Positions 28,615-37,969 of a stretch of 64,000 bases of DNA are shown here, piece after piece. The notes beneath the pieces are model-generated. The model ran no database searches, was not told where the DNA came from, and worked only from the letters and a program-made list of their open reading frames with translations. Source of the DNA: a virus; the IMG/VR virus record IMGVR_UViG_3300013102_000030, positions 110,137-174,136 of that record. One strand, written 5' to 3'. The first letter of the stretch is position 1. Each line of letters starts with the position of its first letter. A program made the translations under genes and the position numbers.

Positions 28615-28767
28615 ATGAGTACCATTGCGTCTATTGCTGCACTTGTAATCGGAATCCTTCTCATCCTATGGACCGTCCACATTGTCGTCACCGTTCTTGG
28701 GTGGGCACTTGTGGTCATCGGAGCGATCTATCTACTGAACAACTTGCTTGGTAAGAAAAGTCCCTGA
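28615..28767 (+). CDS. small 2-TM membrane protein
   Basis: GGAG RBS; hydrophobic. Confidence 0.65.
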   Translation: MSTIASIAALVIGILLILWTVHIVVTVLGWALVVIGAIYLLNNLLGKKSP

Positions 28768-28789
28768 TCCATAGCATTGCGTGAGTAAC

Positions 28790-28829
28790 AGTGGCCTCAT
28801 CCGAGCAATCGGGTGAGGTCACTGCTTTA
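28790..28829 (+). terminator. intrinsic terminator
   Basis: CAGTGGCCTCATCCGA-gcaa-TCGGGTGAGGTCACTG-CTTT. Confidence 0.7.
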
Positions 28830-28865
28830 CCCAAAGAAAACATCAAAGACTAAAGAAAGAGTACC

Positions 28866-29081
28866 TTGAAAATCACCCTCAGCAAATGGGTTATGAACGT
28901 GAACATCTTTACCACCATCGTTCTCGTCATCGTCCTGTTCTTCGCTGCACCCGTTGTCCTCCCTTCCGTGCCGGTGCTGGCAATCCTCATGTGGATCTTC
29001 GCGGGATGGTTCTCGATCTCCACACTTCTGCTGATCCTCAGCCAGTGGCTGATCGACTCGATCAAGGAAGACGCAAGGTAG
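28866..29081 (+). CDS. membrane protein
   Basis: Two TM segments. Confidence 0.65.
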   Translation: MKITLSKWVMNVNIFTTIVLVIVLFFAAPVVLPSVPVLAILMWIFAGWFSISTLLLILSQWLIDSIKEDAR

Positions 29082-29149
29082 ACACAAGAATCCCAATCGT
29101 GTAAGTTAGAAGCCTTGGTCTCAACGATACGAAAGGTCTACTGCCCTGA

Positions 29150-29866
29150 ATGATTGAATTTGTCATCAACTTCCTGAAGAAACTGTTCGGGAAGGAAGAA
29201 CCACCACCGGAGCCGGAAGCTCCACAAAAGTTCACTATCCCCCATCCTTGGCCCTTCAAGTCTGGCCCTCCCAAAGATGAAGACCCGCTCATCCGGGAGA
29301 TGATCAGAGGAGTCCAAACCATCCGTGGACATGCGTTCTATGTCTACAGAGGCCAGACTCGCAGGCATCTGAGGAATGAGAAGGGCCGCGAGACACATAT
29401 GGCCCGACACATCGTCTGGTGGATGGAAGGACGCAAGTTCCCAGACACCGCACGCGGCCTCACAACGACCTGTGGGGAGCCGAAATGCATCAAGCTGGAT
29501 CACCTTGCACTGGTCCCCAAAGGACCGGAACTGGGGCCTCAGAGGTCCAAGGAGATCCCCAAGGCCAACCACGTTGCAAAGCGCAAGCAGCCTCCGGCAC
29601 CATCAGCACCAAAGAACAAGACACAGCAAGAGAAGCCACACCTTGAGAAAGGTGACCGCAGCAAGTGCCCCACATCCAAGGTCTACTTCAAGACGCAGGG
29701 TGAAGCACGCAGGCGAGCCACCATCCTCAACGCTCCAGAAATCAGGGGAAAGGGCCGAAGGGTCTATCCTTACGACACACCATGCCCCTACTGCTTTGGC
29801 TGGCATCTCACCAAGATCAAACCGGGAACCTACAAGCGGAACCCGATCAAGAACTCCTCCTACTGA
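29150..29866 (+). CDS. HNH-like Zn-loop protein fused to CPxxK..CPYC.GWHLT Zn domain
   Basis: ARH..W...G...TCGEPKC..LDHL; C-term CPTSK.YF...CPYCFGWHLT. Confidence 0.65.
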   Translation: MIEFVINFLKKLFGKEEPPPEPEAPQKFTIPHPWPFKSGPPKDEDPLIREMIRGVQTIRGHAFYVYRGQTRRHLRNEKGRETHMARHIVWWMEGRKFPDTARGLTTTCGEPKCIKLDHLALVPKGPELGPQRSKEIPKANHVAKRKQPPAPSAPKNKTQQEKPHLEKGDRSKCPTSKVYFKTQGEARRRATILNAPEIRGKGRRVYPYDTPCPYCFGWHLTKIKPGTYKRNPIKNSSY

Positions 29867-29875
29867 AAGGTACAC

Positions 29876-30139
29876 ATGGCACAGCCCATTCCTGAATTTG
29901 TTATTGACCACCTTGGGAAGGAGGTTCGGCCCGGAGATTACGTCGTCTACGCGGTACGCTCGGGCAACACCGGAGCCATGGAACACGGAACCGTTGTCGG
30001 TTTTCAGTTCTCCAAGCCGAAGTACTGGGACACTCAGATCCTCAAGATCAAGATCCAAGGTCCGCACGCTGACCGTCGTCCGTCCCTCATCGAAGAGCAG
30101 CACAAACGTTTCGCAAAAGTAGAGCCTCCGAAGTTGTAA
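29876..30139 (+). CDS. SH3-like barrel protein
   Basis: D.LGKEVRPGDYVVY. Confidence 0.7.
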   Translation: MAQPIPEFVIDHLGKEVRPGDYVVYAVRSGNTGAMEHGTVVGFQFSKPKYWDTQILKIKIQGPHADRRPSLIEEQHKRFAKVEPPKL

Positions 30140-30213
30140 ATCTGGCAGGCATGCAGTACCATTGAAATAGCGCAAGACGCTCACAACGTAAAGAACAAAT
30201 CGGAAGGAACAAA

Positions 30214-30531
30214 TTGTCCACTCTTGCAGAACCGAAAGCTCCTGAACATCTGACTGACGCGGAGCTTGACTTCTCGGTACTGGATGCACTCGATTACGCA
30301 CCGCCGTGCGAGATCCCCACCCACGCCACCAACAGCATGTGCAGCAAGTCTGACGCTGAATGGATCGTGGAAACCCACCACCTGTGCGCTCCGGCCACTC
30401 GCCTTGTCTGTGAAGGCTTCAAGGACTCCATGGTCCAGCACGGCAAGGATCTTGGCGGCAAATACACTTGCCGTAAGTGCGAGGAAACCGTAGACTTTGA
30501 GGAATTCTTTGACGTGATCGGCAAGATCTGA
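30214..30531 (+). CDS. Zn-binding hypothetical protein
   Basis: Multiple Cys/His, CRKC. Confidence 0.7.
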   Translation: MSTLAEPKAPEHLTDAELDFSVLDALDYAPPCEIPTHATNSMCSKSDAEWIVETHHLCAPATRLVCEGFKDSMVQHGKDLGGKYTCRKCEETVDFEEFFDVIGKI

Positions 30532-30821
30532 TGAGTGAATCAGATGTAATCGCACGTCTGGCTAGGGCCTGTGCCCGTGGAGAACGACAGCTAGCCTTTG
30601 TCAACGAACTGCTGGCTGATGAAGCCTACGTCAAGCTGGTACCGATCCCGGTATACTGGGGCGGAAGGCATCAGGCAGAAGGAACGTCCTACGGAAACTC
30701 CGGTATGGGCGGGGAAAGCTGGCGGTCCCTGAGGAAGCGCCTGATCTCCAACGGATTCATCATCAAGGGTGATCCATGGAAAGGCAAGTCACGGCAGATC
30801 CACATGAGGTTCAGTGTCTAG
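30531..30821 (+). CDS. hypothetical protein
   Basis: Coupled ORF. Confidence 0.6.
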   Translation: MSESDVIARLARACARGERQLAFVNELLADEAYVKLVPIPVYWGGRHQAEGTSYGNSGMGGESWRSLRKRLISNGFIIKGDPWKGKSRQIHMRFSV

Positions 30822-31038
30822 GGAGCCAGTCACACGCAGTGGCTGGTGCCTGAAGTATCCTGTCACCGAATGGAACCAAGCTGAGCATGACAAGTGTCCC
30901 ATGCACTTTCCACAGAGGTCTTGCACCTGTGACTGTGGGCATAAGGGTGAACGTACTCTTGAGAGTAGGGGCATGACATATCAGCCCTTCATCCCGCCCA
31001 AGGCAGTCATAGCGAAAGAAGAAAGTGAAGAGTCGTAA
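30814..31038 (+). CDS. small Cys-rich protein
   Basis: GWC..H.KC...CTCDCGH. Confidence 0.6.
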   Translation: MSREPVTRSGWCLKYPVTEWNQAEHDKCPMHFPQRSCTCDCGHKGERTLESRGMTYQPFIPPKAVIAKEESEES

Positions 31039-31396
31039 GACAAGGTCCCTGTCTCTGGGGATTGCTGGCCTGCTTGCCAGTGCCATGATCACCGGCTGTA
31101 CCCCTAGCGGTGAAGTCATCGATGCTGACTACGCCAAAGCCTGTCAGGACAAGCGGACTGAGATCCGAGTAGAAGACAACAACTGCTCTGAGAATGGCCG
31201 CTCCGGAGGCTACTACGGCTGGTACTTCTATCAGACCGGAGGAGGAACTGTTCCACCTGTTGGAAGCAAGATGACAGGAGGAAGCACCACTGCTCCTGCT
31301 GCTGGCAAGTCAGTTGCTCCGGCTCCTGTCAAAGGTGGAACTGTTGCCCGTGGTGGATTCGGAACCAGTGCAAAAGGTGGCTCCATCGGGGGTTGA
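31025..31396 (+). CDS. Gly-rich lipoprotein (RGGFG tail, DUF1190-like)
   Basis: lipobox ITG-C; C..RV....C; RGGFG. Confidence 0.7.
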   Translation: MKSRKTRSLSLGIAGLLASAMITGCTPSGEVIDADYAKACQDKRTEIRVEDNNCSENGRSGGYYGWYFYQTGGGTVPPVGSKMTGGSTTAPAAGKSVAPAPVKGGTVARGGFGTSAKGGSIGG

Positions 31397-31421
31397 CATC
31401 CCGGCTCTCCTCAATTAGTCT
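31393..31421 (+). promoter_or_regulatory. sigA-type promoter
   Basis: TTGACA-N17-TAGTCT. Confidence 0.75.
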
Positions 31422-31461
31422 AAGTGTATCGAAGTTACCAACGATTGAAGGAGGAGAAGTC

Positions 31462-31878
31462 ATGACGGAATGGATGGACAGGGAACCCAAGGCCGAAGAG
31501 CCTGAGGAGATCAAGCGGGACAGGTGGGGAGGTATCGTCGGTGCCACCAATGAAGTTCCCGGCATGGTCCGCTGGGTCTCTGGAGAGTCCCACTACTTCC
31601 TGAAGCACAACTCGCCCGGACGGCCCATCTTCGCTCTGGGGCTGGAGCACCGGATCGGAGACATGGCCTACATCTTTGACACGTCCATTGAGTTCGATGA
31701 CGACGAAGCTGTAGACCTGATCGACCGGATCGCCTCATTCCAAGACCTGCCCACGTACTCCGAACTGATGGATGTCAGCAGCAAGCTCAACGCTCTGCTG
31801 TTGGAGACCGAACGCATGGACCGGCCCGAGGACCGCTACTTCCGGGACAAGCTCCGGGACATTCTGGGCAAGTCATGA
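31462..31878 (+). CDS. hypothetical protein
   Basis: GGAGGAG RBS. Confidence 0.7.
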   Translation: MTEWMDREPKAEEPEEIKRDRWGGIVGATNEVPGMVRWVSGESHYFLKHNSPGRPIFALGLEHRIGDMAYIFDTSIEFDDDEAVDLIDRIASFQDLPTYSELMDVSSKLNALLLETERMDRPEDRYFRDKLRDILGKS

Positions 31879-32108
31879 AGCACGTCATTGCCATCAACGT
31901 CCTCCGGGATGAGATTGAGCAGACGCAGAAGGACATCCTGTACCTTCAGTCCTGTCTCGCCAAGTCCAAGATCAAGTCGGCCCTCATGCCCAACCGTGAG
32001 GCCACCATCCTCAGCGTCAGCTTGCGCTGGAAACGACAGATGAAAGAAAAAGTCAAGAAGGTGAAGGCCCTTGAAGAGGCAGTCGCCGCGCTGGAAAGGG
32101 ATATTTGA
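31875..32108 (+). CDS. coiled-coil hypothetical protein
   Basis: ATGA overlap. Confidence 0.6.
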   Translation: MKHVIAINVLRDEIEQTQKDILYLQSCLAKSKIKSALMPNREATILSVSLRWKRQMKEKVKKVKALEEAVAALERDI

Positions 32109-32422
32109 AAGACGCAATTCGCTTGCAGGGTCTCCGGTTCGTCGGCTTTGAAGAAGCCAGCGAGCCGGAACCTCGCATGTCCTACCCCATCAAGACACAA
32201 CAGCAGTACGAGTTCCTGTTCCACAGTCTCAGCATGGGACGGAACTGGATGCAGATCTTCTTCCCTCCGCGTGAGGAACTGTTGACCCGACTCAACCGCA
32301 GACTCAAGGGGTTCAAACTGGATGAACCTCACAACTGGCGCGGCCTCCGTGAGGAAGATCTGATTGACAAACAGCAAAAGTTCCCCTATAGTGGAACAAG
32401 TGCCCGAAACCATACCAAGTAA
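32105..32422 (+). CDS. hypothetical protein
   Basis: TTGA overlap. Confidence 0.6.
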   Translation: MKDAIRLQGLRFVGFEEASEPEPRMSYPIKTQQQYEFLFHSLSMGRNWMQIFFPPREELLTRLNRRLKGFKLDEPHNWRGLREEDLIDKQQKFPYSGTSARNHTK

Positions 32423-32436
32423 AGGATCAAACACTT

Positions 32437-33009
32437 TTGAAGATTGACGAAAAGACCGGCCTTGTCCAGCTTCCCGAAGACCTGTTCTGGAGGGTAGAGG
32501 AAGACAACCGCAAGGCCGATGTCTACGACAACCGCAGGGAACTCAAAGGACTGAAGCTAGCACTCGTCCGCAAGACCACCACGACCGTTCCGGGTGAAGA
32601 AATCACCACCACCGAACAGGTTGAACGGACGGGCTTCTGGAACCGCCTGTTCCACGGCCCGTATGAGACCAAGACTGTCGTCACAAAGGGGGAGGACAAA
32701 GAGGAGCCGGATGAGGATGTCATCTACACCAAGTCCTCCTTTGAGACCTACTCCACTAAGGAAGACTACAGCGATCACAAGGTCCGAGAAGGATTCTCCT
32801 ACTGGCATCAGGACACATGGAGCAACCGTCTCTACTACATCAAGCAGTTGCCCACCAGCGCTGAAACCCTGACCAAGCTCTCTGAAGAGATCTTCAGCCT
32901 GTGGATCGACCGTGAGCATGGACGTGCCCTTGCCGAAGATGCAGCACGTTACCGTGACTCCTTCGTCGGTGACTACCCGCCCAAGTCTCTTGTAGGTGCC
33001 TCCGCTTGA
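32437..33009 (+). CDS. GLPxLP...GDYPPK family protein 2
   Basis: TGLVQLPEDLFWRV ... FVGDYPPKSL. Confidence 0.75.
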   Translation: MKIDEKTGLVQLPEDLFWRVEEDNRKADVYDNRRELKGLKLALVRKTTTTVPGEEITTTEQVERTGFWNRLFHGPYETKTVVTKGEDKEEPDEDVIYTKSSFETYSTKEDYSDHKVREGFSYWHQDTWSNRLYYIKQLPTSAETLTKLSEEIFSLWIDREHGRALAEDAARYRDSFVGDYPPKSLVGASA

Positions 33010-33434
33010 TCGACATTACAACCGGCCTTCCTGAGCTTCCTGAAGGGTACTGGTGGGAGGTCAAGAGTGATCGGAAGATCAGCCAGTGGATTGACACGGC
33101 TGCTGTCTACGATGAGGGATACTCCGTCAACATCATGAAGATGTTCACTGAAACCATCGCTCTGAAGAGGAAACACTGGTGGAGTATCCGGAAGACTTAT
33201 GAACCCGTAACCCCCTATGAGCGGGAGTTGACTGTGGAGAAGACGTTCATCCTCAAGCATGATGTCTTCAGCGCGTTTGACTCCACGGACCTCTCTGCCA
33301 CCATCACACCGGAAGGTGTCCTGAAGGCAGCACAGCGCTGCAAGGATACATATGACCGACGAGTAGGCTCCTACCATCTGGTCGGTGTATACCCACCCAA
33401 GAAACTCGTAACGACGAAAGATGACAATGCTTGA
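33006..33434 (+). CDS. GLPxLP...GDYPPK family protein 3
   Basis: TGLPELPEGYWWEV ... LVGVYPPKKL. Confidence 0.75.
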   Translation: MIDITTGLPELPEGYWWEVKSDRKISQWIDTAAVYDEGYSVNIMKMFTETIALKRKHWWSIRKTYEPVTPYERELTVEKTFILKHDVFSAFDSTDLSATITPEGVLKAAQRCKDTYDRRVGSYHLVGVYPPKKLVTTKDDNA

Positions 33435-33573
33435 TTTTGATGCTATGGTGGAAGCAGCAACAGAGATCCTGATGCCAGCCGCCGAAGAGACACTGAACGG
33501 TGTCACTGATCTGATTCCGGAACTGGATGACGTTTTTCCTCTGGATGAGTTCGGTACGGAGGGCCTGTGGTAA
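33421..33573 (+). CDS. small acidic protein
   Basis: 50 aa, fills gap. Confidence 0.5.
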   Translation: MTMLDFDAMVEAATEILMPAAEETLNGVTDLIPELDDVFPLDEFGTEGLW

Positions 33574-33728
33574 GCTTACGACAGGAGATCGCTGAAGCAC
33601 TGTACAACCACTGGAGGAGTTCCGACAGTGAACTCAAAGTGTCGTGGGCCGATGCTCCCGACAACCTGCGTGGTGTCTTTCTCCGACAGGCCGACGTGGT
33701 TGAGAAGGTGATCGATGGCGGGTCCTGA
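33567..33728 (+). CDS. small helical protein (IAEALY..W...R..F..QA)
   Basis: GGAGG + GTG. Confidence 0.55.
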   Translation: MVSLRQEIAEALYNHWRSSDSELKVSWADAPDNLRGVFLRQADVVEKVIDGGS

Positions 33729-33915
33729 GGAGAAGATACGCAAAGTTCTTGAAGAGCACGAGGCATACACCGTTATCCGGTACAAGGACAACGACGCTGA
33801 CAATCGTGTAGGCTATCAGTGCAGATGCGGAGAAGAGGATGCTCCCGATGGAGAACTCTGGGGCCGATCATGGCTCATCAACCACCAGACGACAGAAATT
33901 GTCAAAGTACTATAA
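33715..33915 (+). CDS. small protein with H..CxCG..H motif
   Basis: ORF; similar motif in 52206 gene. Confidence 0.6.
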   Translation: MAGPEEKIRKVLEEHEAYTVIRYKDNDADNRVGYQCRCGEEDAPDGELWGRSWLINHQTTEIVKVL

Positions 33916-33931
33916 GAAAAGGGTAAGAGAA

Positions 33932-34765
33932 ATCGCTAATCATACTTTCGCACTAAATGACCTTGTCCACGTCACGCGTGGATTCTACAAGGGACAGGCT
34001 GGCCGGATCATCTCCAAGAGCCTGAACTCCGTCTCCATCAAGTCCTCGCAGGGAATTGTCACGGTGAACGTCGGAGATGTGGCCGCAGGGTCTTCACCGA
34101 TCCCCATTCCTCCGGCAGAGAACGTCTACCCGTTCAAGCCCGGACAGACCGTCAGGGTCAACCGCAGGACCAGCCAGCACGACGGGAAGTCCGCCATTTA
34201 TCTTGGCCCCGATCCGGATTACTCTGCCATTGCACGAGTACGTCTGGCAATGTCTCCCTACACCATTGTCACGTTCTACTTCAGTGATCTGGTGGAAGTT
34301 CCTGAAGTCACGGCCAAGCCGAAGGAAGCTCCTTTCCTTTCAACCACCAGCCGCGTTGAAGGCAAGCAGATCCATTTTGATGATGTGAAGATCGGTGATA
34401 CGATTACATCAACGCGCACCTACAAGAGCGGTGACGTGGAGACATCGGTTATCCATACGGGTGTCGTCTCCAAGCGTGGCTTCTCGGGTCTGTACACCAG
34501 TGACTCAAACTGCATCAACCCTCGGGGCACTGAAACCCTGACGCTGGTCAAGGCCGCTGTGGAGAAGGACGAACTGCTGGAGACGCTGAAGAGCTTCCAG
34601 TCCAATACGGTTCTGGTGTTCAGTACTTCTGTCACGTTCTCCTACACGGCTGTGAAGACCGGCCAGAGTTGGATTCTGACAGCATCTTCTGGCTCCACCC
34701 GAACCATCACCAGCGGTAAGCTCCGAGAGATCATCGGAAACCGCAAGTACACCAAAGTCAACTAA
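33932..34765 (+). CDS. multi-KOW/SH3 protein (ATC start proposed)
   Basis: FALNDLVHVTRGFYKGQAGRI; FKPGQTVRV; FDDVKIGDTI. Confidence 0.75.
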   Translation: MANHTFALNDLVHVTRGFYKGQAGRIISKSLNSVSIKSSQGIVTVNVGDVAAGSSPIPIPPAENVYPFKPGQTVRVNRRTSQHDGKSAIYLGPDPDYSAIARVRLAMSPYTIVTFYFSDLVEVPEVTAKPKEAPFLSTTSRVEGKQIHFDDVKIGDTITSTRTYKSGDVETSVIHTGVVSKRGFSGLYTSDSNCINPRGTETLTLVKAAVEKDELLETLKSFQSNTVLVFSTSVTFSYTAVKTGQSWILTASSGSTRTITSGKLREIIGNRKYTKVN

Positions 34766-34786
34766 CAAACGAAAGGTCCACACTTT

Positions 34787-35653
34787 ATGACTATCAAAAT
34801 TGGCGATTACATCCGCGTAGACATTGACAACGAATGGCTCCGCTCCGGCTGGCAGGGCATGGAAGGCGTTGTCACGGGCTTCTACCAGTCGTGGTCTGAC
34901 AAGCAGCCGCTGGTCCAGTTCAAGGTCACCAAGGAAGCTCCCGGAGGCTCCTCATCCCGCAAGGTCGGTGACGTGGTCAACGACATGGGCCTGCGTCAGC
35001 CCAAGGTCAAGGTTCTCTCGTCCAAGTTCAAGCTCGGTGACCGTGTCAAGTACGTCGATCCCATGTACTTCTCCTCCTACAACCCGATTGACTACGAGAT
35101 CGTAGATTTCGTTCATGCATACGACGGCCTGTACCACGTTCGGTGCGCTGAGATCCGGAATGGCTCCCGTACCGGTCTGATTCACACTCACGGTCAGAAG
35201 GAACTGGCGCTCGCTCCCAAACAGCCCAAGGAGGGTGATGAAGTCTTCCTGAAGGACATCAAGGAGGGACAGACCATCCGGATCTCCGGTACCCGCCACG
35301 GTATCAAGATCGTCCGTGAGGCTGTCGTTGGATCGATCTCCGAGTACGGCATCTACTCTCACGATGGCTCGCGGATCGACCACACCGGAGTCCAGTGGAA
35401 GTACGTTCTGGTCAAGGAAGCACCGGAGAAGGGTCCGAAGAAGGAGACGCTGAGCAAGATCGCCAATCTTCCCGGACATCACGTCGTCTACCAGAGTGGC
35501 AACGGCCACTTCGTGCAGGCCCTTACGAAGATCGGTGGTGAGTGGTCATGGCTTCACGTCAAGCCGCGCAACTCCGGTACCGAAATCGTGACCAACAAGG
35601 AAGTCGCTGAAGCCCTTGAGGCCGGTGCAGTGATCCTGAAGCCTGCCTCCTAA
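34787..35653 (+). CDS. multi-SH3/KOW protein
   Basis: IKIGDYIRV; FKLGDRVKY; LKDIKEGQTIRI. Confidence 0.8.
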   Translation: MTIKIGDYIRVDIDNEWLRSGWQGMEGVVTGFYQSWSDKQPLVQFKVTKEAPGGSSSRKVGDVVNDMGLRQPKVKVLSSKFKLGDRVKYVDPMYFSSYNPIDYEIVDFVHAYDGLYHVRCAEIRNGSRTGLIHTHGQKELALAPKQPKEGDEVFLKDIKEGQTIRISGTRHGIKIVREAVVGSISEYGIYSHDGSRIDHTGVQWKYVLVKEAPEKGPKKETLSKIANLPGHHVVYQSGNGHFVQALTKIGGEWSWLHVKPRNSGTEIVTNKEVAEALEAGAVILKPAS

Positions 35654-35718
35654 TGGAAGGTACGCTGATCATCATCTTCCAGCTGCTCATCATTGCAGCT
35701 TCCCAGTAATAACTACAC

Positions 35719-35762
35719 GTGAAAGGGCGGGGCTTGACGGTCCCGCCTTTTCACTGTAAGCT
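35719..35762 (+). promoter_or_regulatory. terminator hairpin with promoter -35 in its loop
   Basis: GTGAAAGGGCGGGGC/GTCCCGCCTTTTCAC; TTGACG(35734)-N17-TAAGCT. Confidence 0.7.
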
Positions 35763-35784
35763 AATAACAACGCGAAAGGAACAT

Positions 35785-36015
35785 GTGAAAGTCTGGCTCA
35801 CGCTGCTGACCCTTGTAGGAATCATGGCAGCAACCGTTATTACGATGGCGCTGGTGATGATTTTCAGCGCTCCGGTCTGGACCGCAGTACCTGTCACACT
35901 CGTGACCGTCGTGGGACTGGCGTGGCTGGGCACACGAGAAAATGTTGCCCCTCCGCTGGTCATGAAAGAATCCGTCTGGAATGACGAAGACAACGAACAG
36001 AAAGAAGACAAATGA
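35785..36015 (+). CDS. membrane protein
   Basis: GAAAGGA + GTG; 2 TM. Confidence 0.65.
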   Translation: MKVWLTLLTLVGIMAATVITMALVMIFSAPVWTAVPVTLVTVVGLAWLGTRENVAPPLVMKESVWNDEDNEQKEDK

Positions 36016-36284
36016 CCTTCCCTTACAGCACCAACCGTGACGACTACACCGGCCCTCTGCTGCCTAAGCGCAGCATCAACACCATCCAGAAGGGTGTCTC
36101 TGTCTTTGCCGGAGCCGTTACCCTCGTGGTAACCCTGCTGGCCGCTGGCTCCTTCGCTCTCGCCATGACCATCAGCCCGGGGTGGTTCATTGCCGTAGCA
36201 GTATTCGGCGGCTACGCGCTCATCTCAGCCATCTGGCTCTACGTCGTGCGGATGATGCTGAAGTCCGCTGGACAATGGCGGTAG
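36012..36284 (+). CDS. membrane protein
   Basis: 2 TM. Confidence 0.65.
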   Translation: MTFPYSTNRDDYTGPLLPKRSINTIQKGVSVFAGAVTLVVTLLAAGSFALAMTISPGWFIAVAVFGGYALISAIWLYVVRMMLKSAGQWR

Positions 36285-36285
36285 T

Positions 36286-36543
36286 ATGTGCATAAACTGT
36301 GTAGACCATAACGTTCCCGGACTGCTGTTTCCGGAGCGTCCGGTCATCGGATCGGAACTGTGGCTGTCGGCTGTACGTGCTGTCTCCATTCAGGAAGACT
36401 ACGTCAAGTCACTGGAGCGGAAGCTGGAAGATCCCAACAGGGATGTATTCCAGCGGCAGTTCATCAAGTCTCTAATTGACACCGCGTCAACAAAGCTGGT
36501 AACGTTGCGTGCAGCACTGAAGGAAATCGATGAAGGGGGATGA
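36286..36543 (+). CDS. hypothetical protein
   Basis: ORF. Confidence 0.55.
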   Translation: MCINCVDHNVPGLLFPERPVIGSELWLSAVRAVSIQEDYVKSLERKLEDPNRDVFQRQFIKSLIDTASTKLVTLRAALKEIDEGG

Positions 36544-36544
36544 C

Positions 36545-36754
36545 ATGAGCGAACAGAGCTTGAACAAAGACCTGCTGGATGGTAGGATTGCAGCACTGGA
36601 TACTGATGTATCCGACCTGACGGAGATGCTGGAAACGGATGACTCGATTCCTCCCGCAGCCATGGAAGTCTATGAGAGAAATCTTGAAGCAACCAAGAAG
36701 CGGCTGGAAGGGCTGAAGAACTTCCGGGAGATCATTGAGGATCTGGATGGCTGA
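36545..36754 (+). CDS. coiled-coil hypothetical protein
   Basis: AAGGGGGA RBS. Confidence 0.6.
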   Translation: MSEQSLNKDLLDGRIAALDTDVSDLTEMLETDDSIPPAAMEVYERNLEATKKRLEGLKNFREIIEDLDG

Positions 36755-36944
36755 CTTCAGCGCAGAGATCGTTATCAACTTCCCGACCGATAAGGGTCCG
36801 GCCAAGAAAGGTATCCTACTGGAGGCCAACTCCATTCAGGCGCTCAAGCACAAGATCTATCTGCTGAGCTTTGAAGAGGTTTGGGGAGAGAACGACGCAA
36901 CACTGCGTCAGTGGAAAGCCGACAACCAGATCAGGACCAAATGA
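36747..36944 (+). CDS. hypothetical protein
   Basis: GAGGA RBS. Confidence 0.55.
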   Translation: MADFSAEIVINFPTDKGPAKKGILLEANSIQALKHKIYLLSFEEVWGENDATLRQWKADNQIRTK

Positions 36945-37090
36945 TAGCACTCCTCCTGACCCTCGCATGCGCGGCAGTCGGCTGGTGGAACATTGTCAAC
37001 GGAGTGTTCTGGATGGCATGGATCTGCTTCTTTATGTCCGCCCTCTGCCTGCTGCATTTCATTGAATGGCTTGTGCGGGACGCACGCTAA
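36941..37090 (+). CDS. small membrane protein
   Basis: ATGA overlap; hydrophobic. Confidence 0.55.
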   Translation: MIALLLTLACAAVGWWNIVNGVFWMAWICFFMSALCLLHFIEWLVRDAR

Positions 37091-37121
37091 GAAATTTTTG
37101 TAACCGATATAGTAAGGAAAA

Positions 37122-37553
37122 ATGACAGAAACACTGAAGTACACCGAGATCTATTTCCACGACATCAAGGTTGGGGATGAGATCAAGGCAGTCTACACCT
37201 ACGACGATGGCTCCACCAGTGAGCGTACCGGTAAGGTTACCCGCAAGGATCACCTTGGAAACTTCACCAGTGAAGCCGGAAACCCCATTGCTCAGACACT
37301 TGACGTTACGTCGTGGAACAAGGTCTCACAGAGGGCCTTCTACCGCAAGGCAAAGCCTTACGTCTTCCCGAAGAATCCGGGAGCGGTCATCCTCGCGGAC
37401 ATTACCGGTGGCACCATCCGTGACCGCAGGTTCGTTTTCAACGGTGTTGTCTGGCACTGCGCCGGTATCAACGACCCGCGTCACCGCTCGGAGAGTTCGC
37501 TCCGAAGTGACTACACCAACTTCCGCACCATCTACGAAGGAGTCTCAGCTTGA
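37122..37553 (+). CDS. F.DIK.GD SH3-like family protein
   Basis: IYFHDIKVGDEIKA...G.V; FP..PGAVI second half. Confidence 0.75.
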   Translation: MTETLKYTEIYFHDIKVGDEIKAVYTYDDGSTSERTGKVTRKDHLGNFTSEAGNPIAQTLDVTSWNKVSQRAFYRKAKPYVFPKNPGAVILADITGGTIRDRRFVFNGVVWHCAGINDPRHRSESSLRSDYTNFRTIYEGVSA

Positions 37554-37966
37554 TCAAGATCCGCAAGAAGGCTATTGCAGCCGCAGCCGTTGCACTGGTA
37601 GGTGCAGCCGCCCTGACCGCCTGTGGTCCGGGTACCTCAGACCGCGACATGGCAAACAAGAACATGTCCACCGCAGCGGACAACTTTGAGATCACCCGCC
37701 ACATCGTAGGCATCAACGGCATCACCGACAAATACCTCTTTGAGGTTGTCGGCAAGTGCTCCATCAACGATCAGGGCAACCAGCTTGAGGTCTTGTGTAA
37801 GGAAGGGAACAACCAGTACAAGAAGTACATGATGGGTATCTCTGACAACGTGACCTACATGGTTACTCCGCTGGACAACACCGACGTTTCGGTCACTCAC
37901 ACCCGCGTGATCTTCAAGCCGGAAACCCTCATCCCCGAAATCGAACTCTCTCTCGGAAAGCAGTAG
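37550..37966 (+). CDS. conserved phage lipoprotein
   Basis: lipobox LTA-C; AADNFEI.R.IV.INGITD.YL..V.G.CS. Confidence 0.8.
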   Translation: MIKIRKKAIAAAAVALVGAAALTACGPGTSDRDMANKNMSTAADNFEITRHIVGINGITDKYLFEVVGKCSINDQGNQLEVLCKEGNNQYKKYMMGISDNVTYMVTPLDNTDVSVTHTRVIFKPETLIPEIELSLGKQ

Positions 37967-37969
37967 AAC

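Noticed and set aside
33839-33931. ORF-track N-terminal extension of the KOW gene
   Set aside because: Overlaps the upstream gene by 77 nt and reads through its stop and the downstream RBS; ATC 33932 fits better
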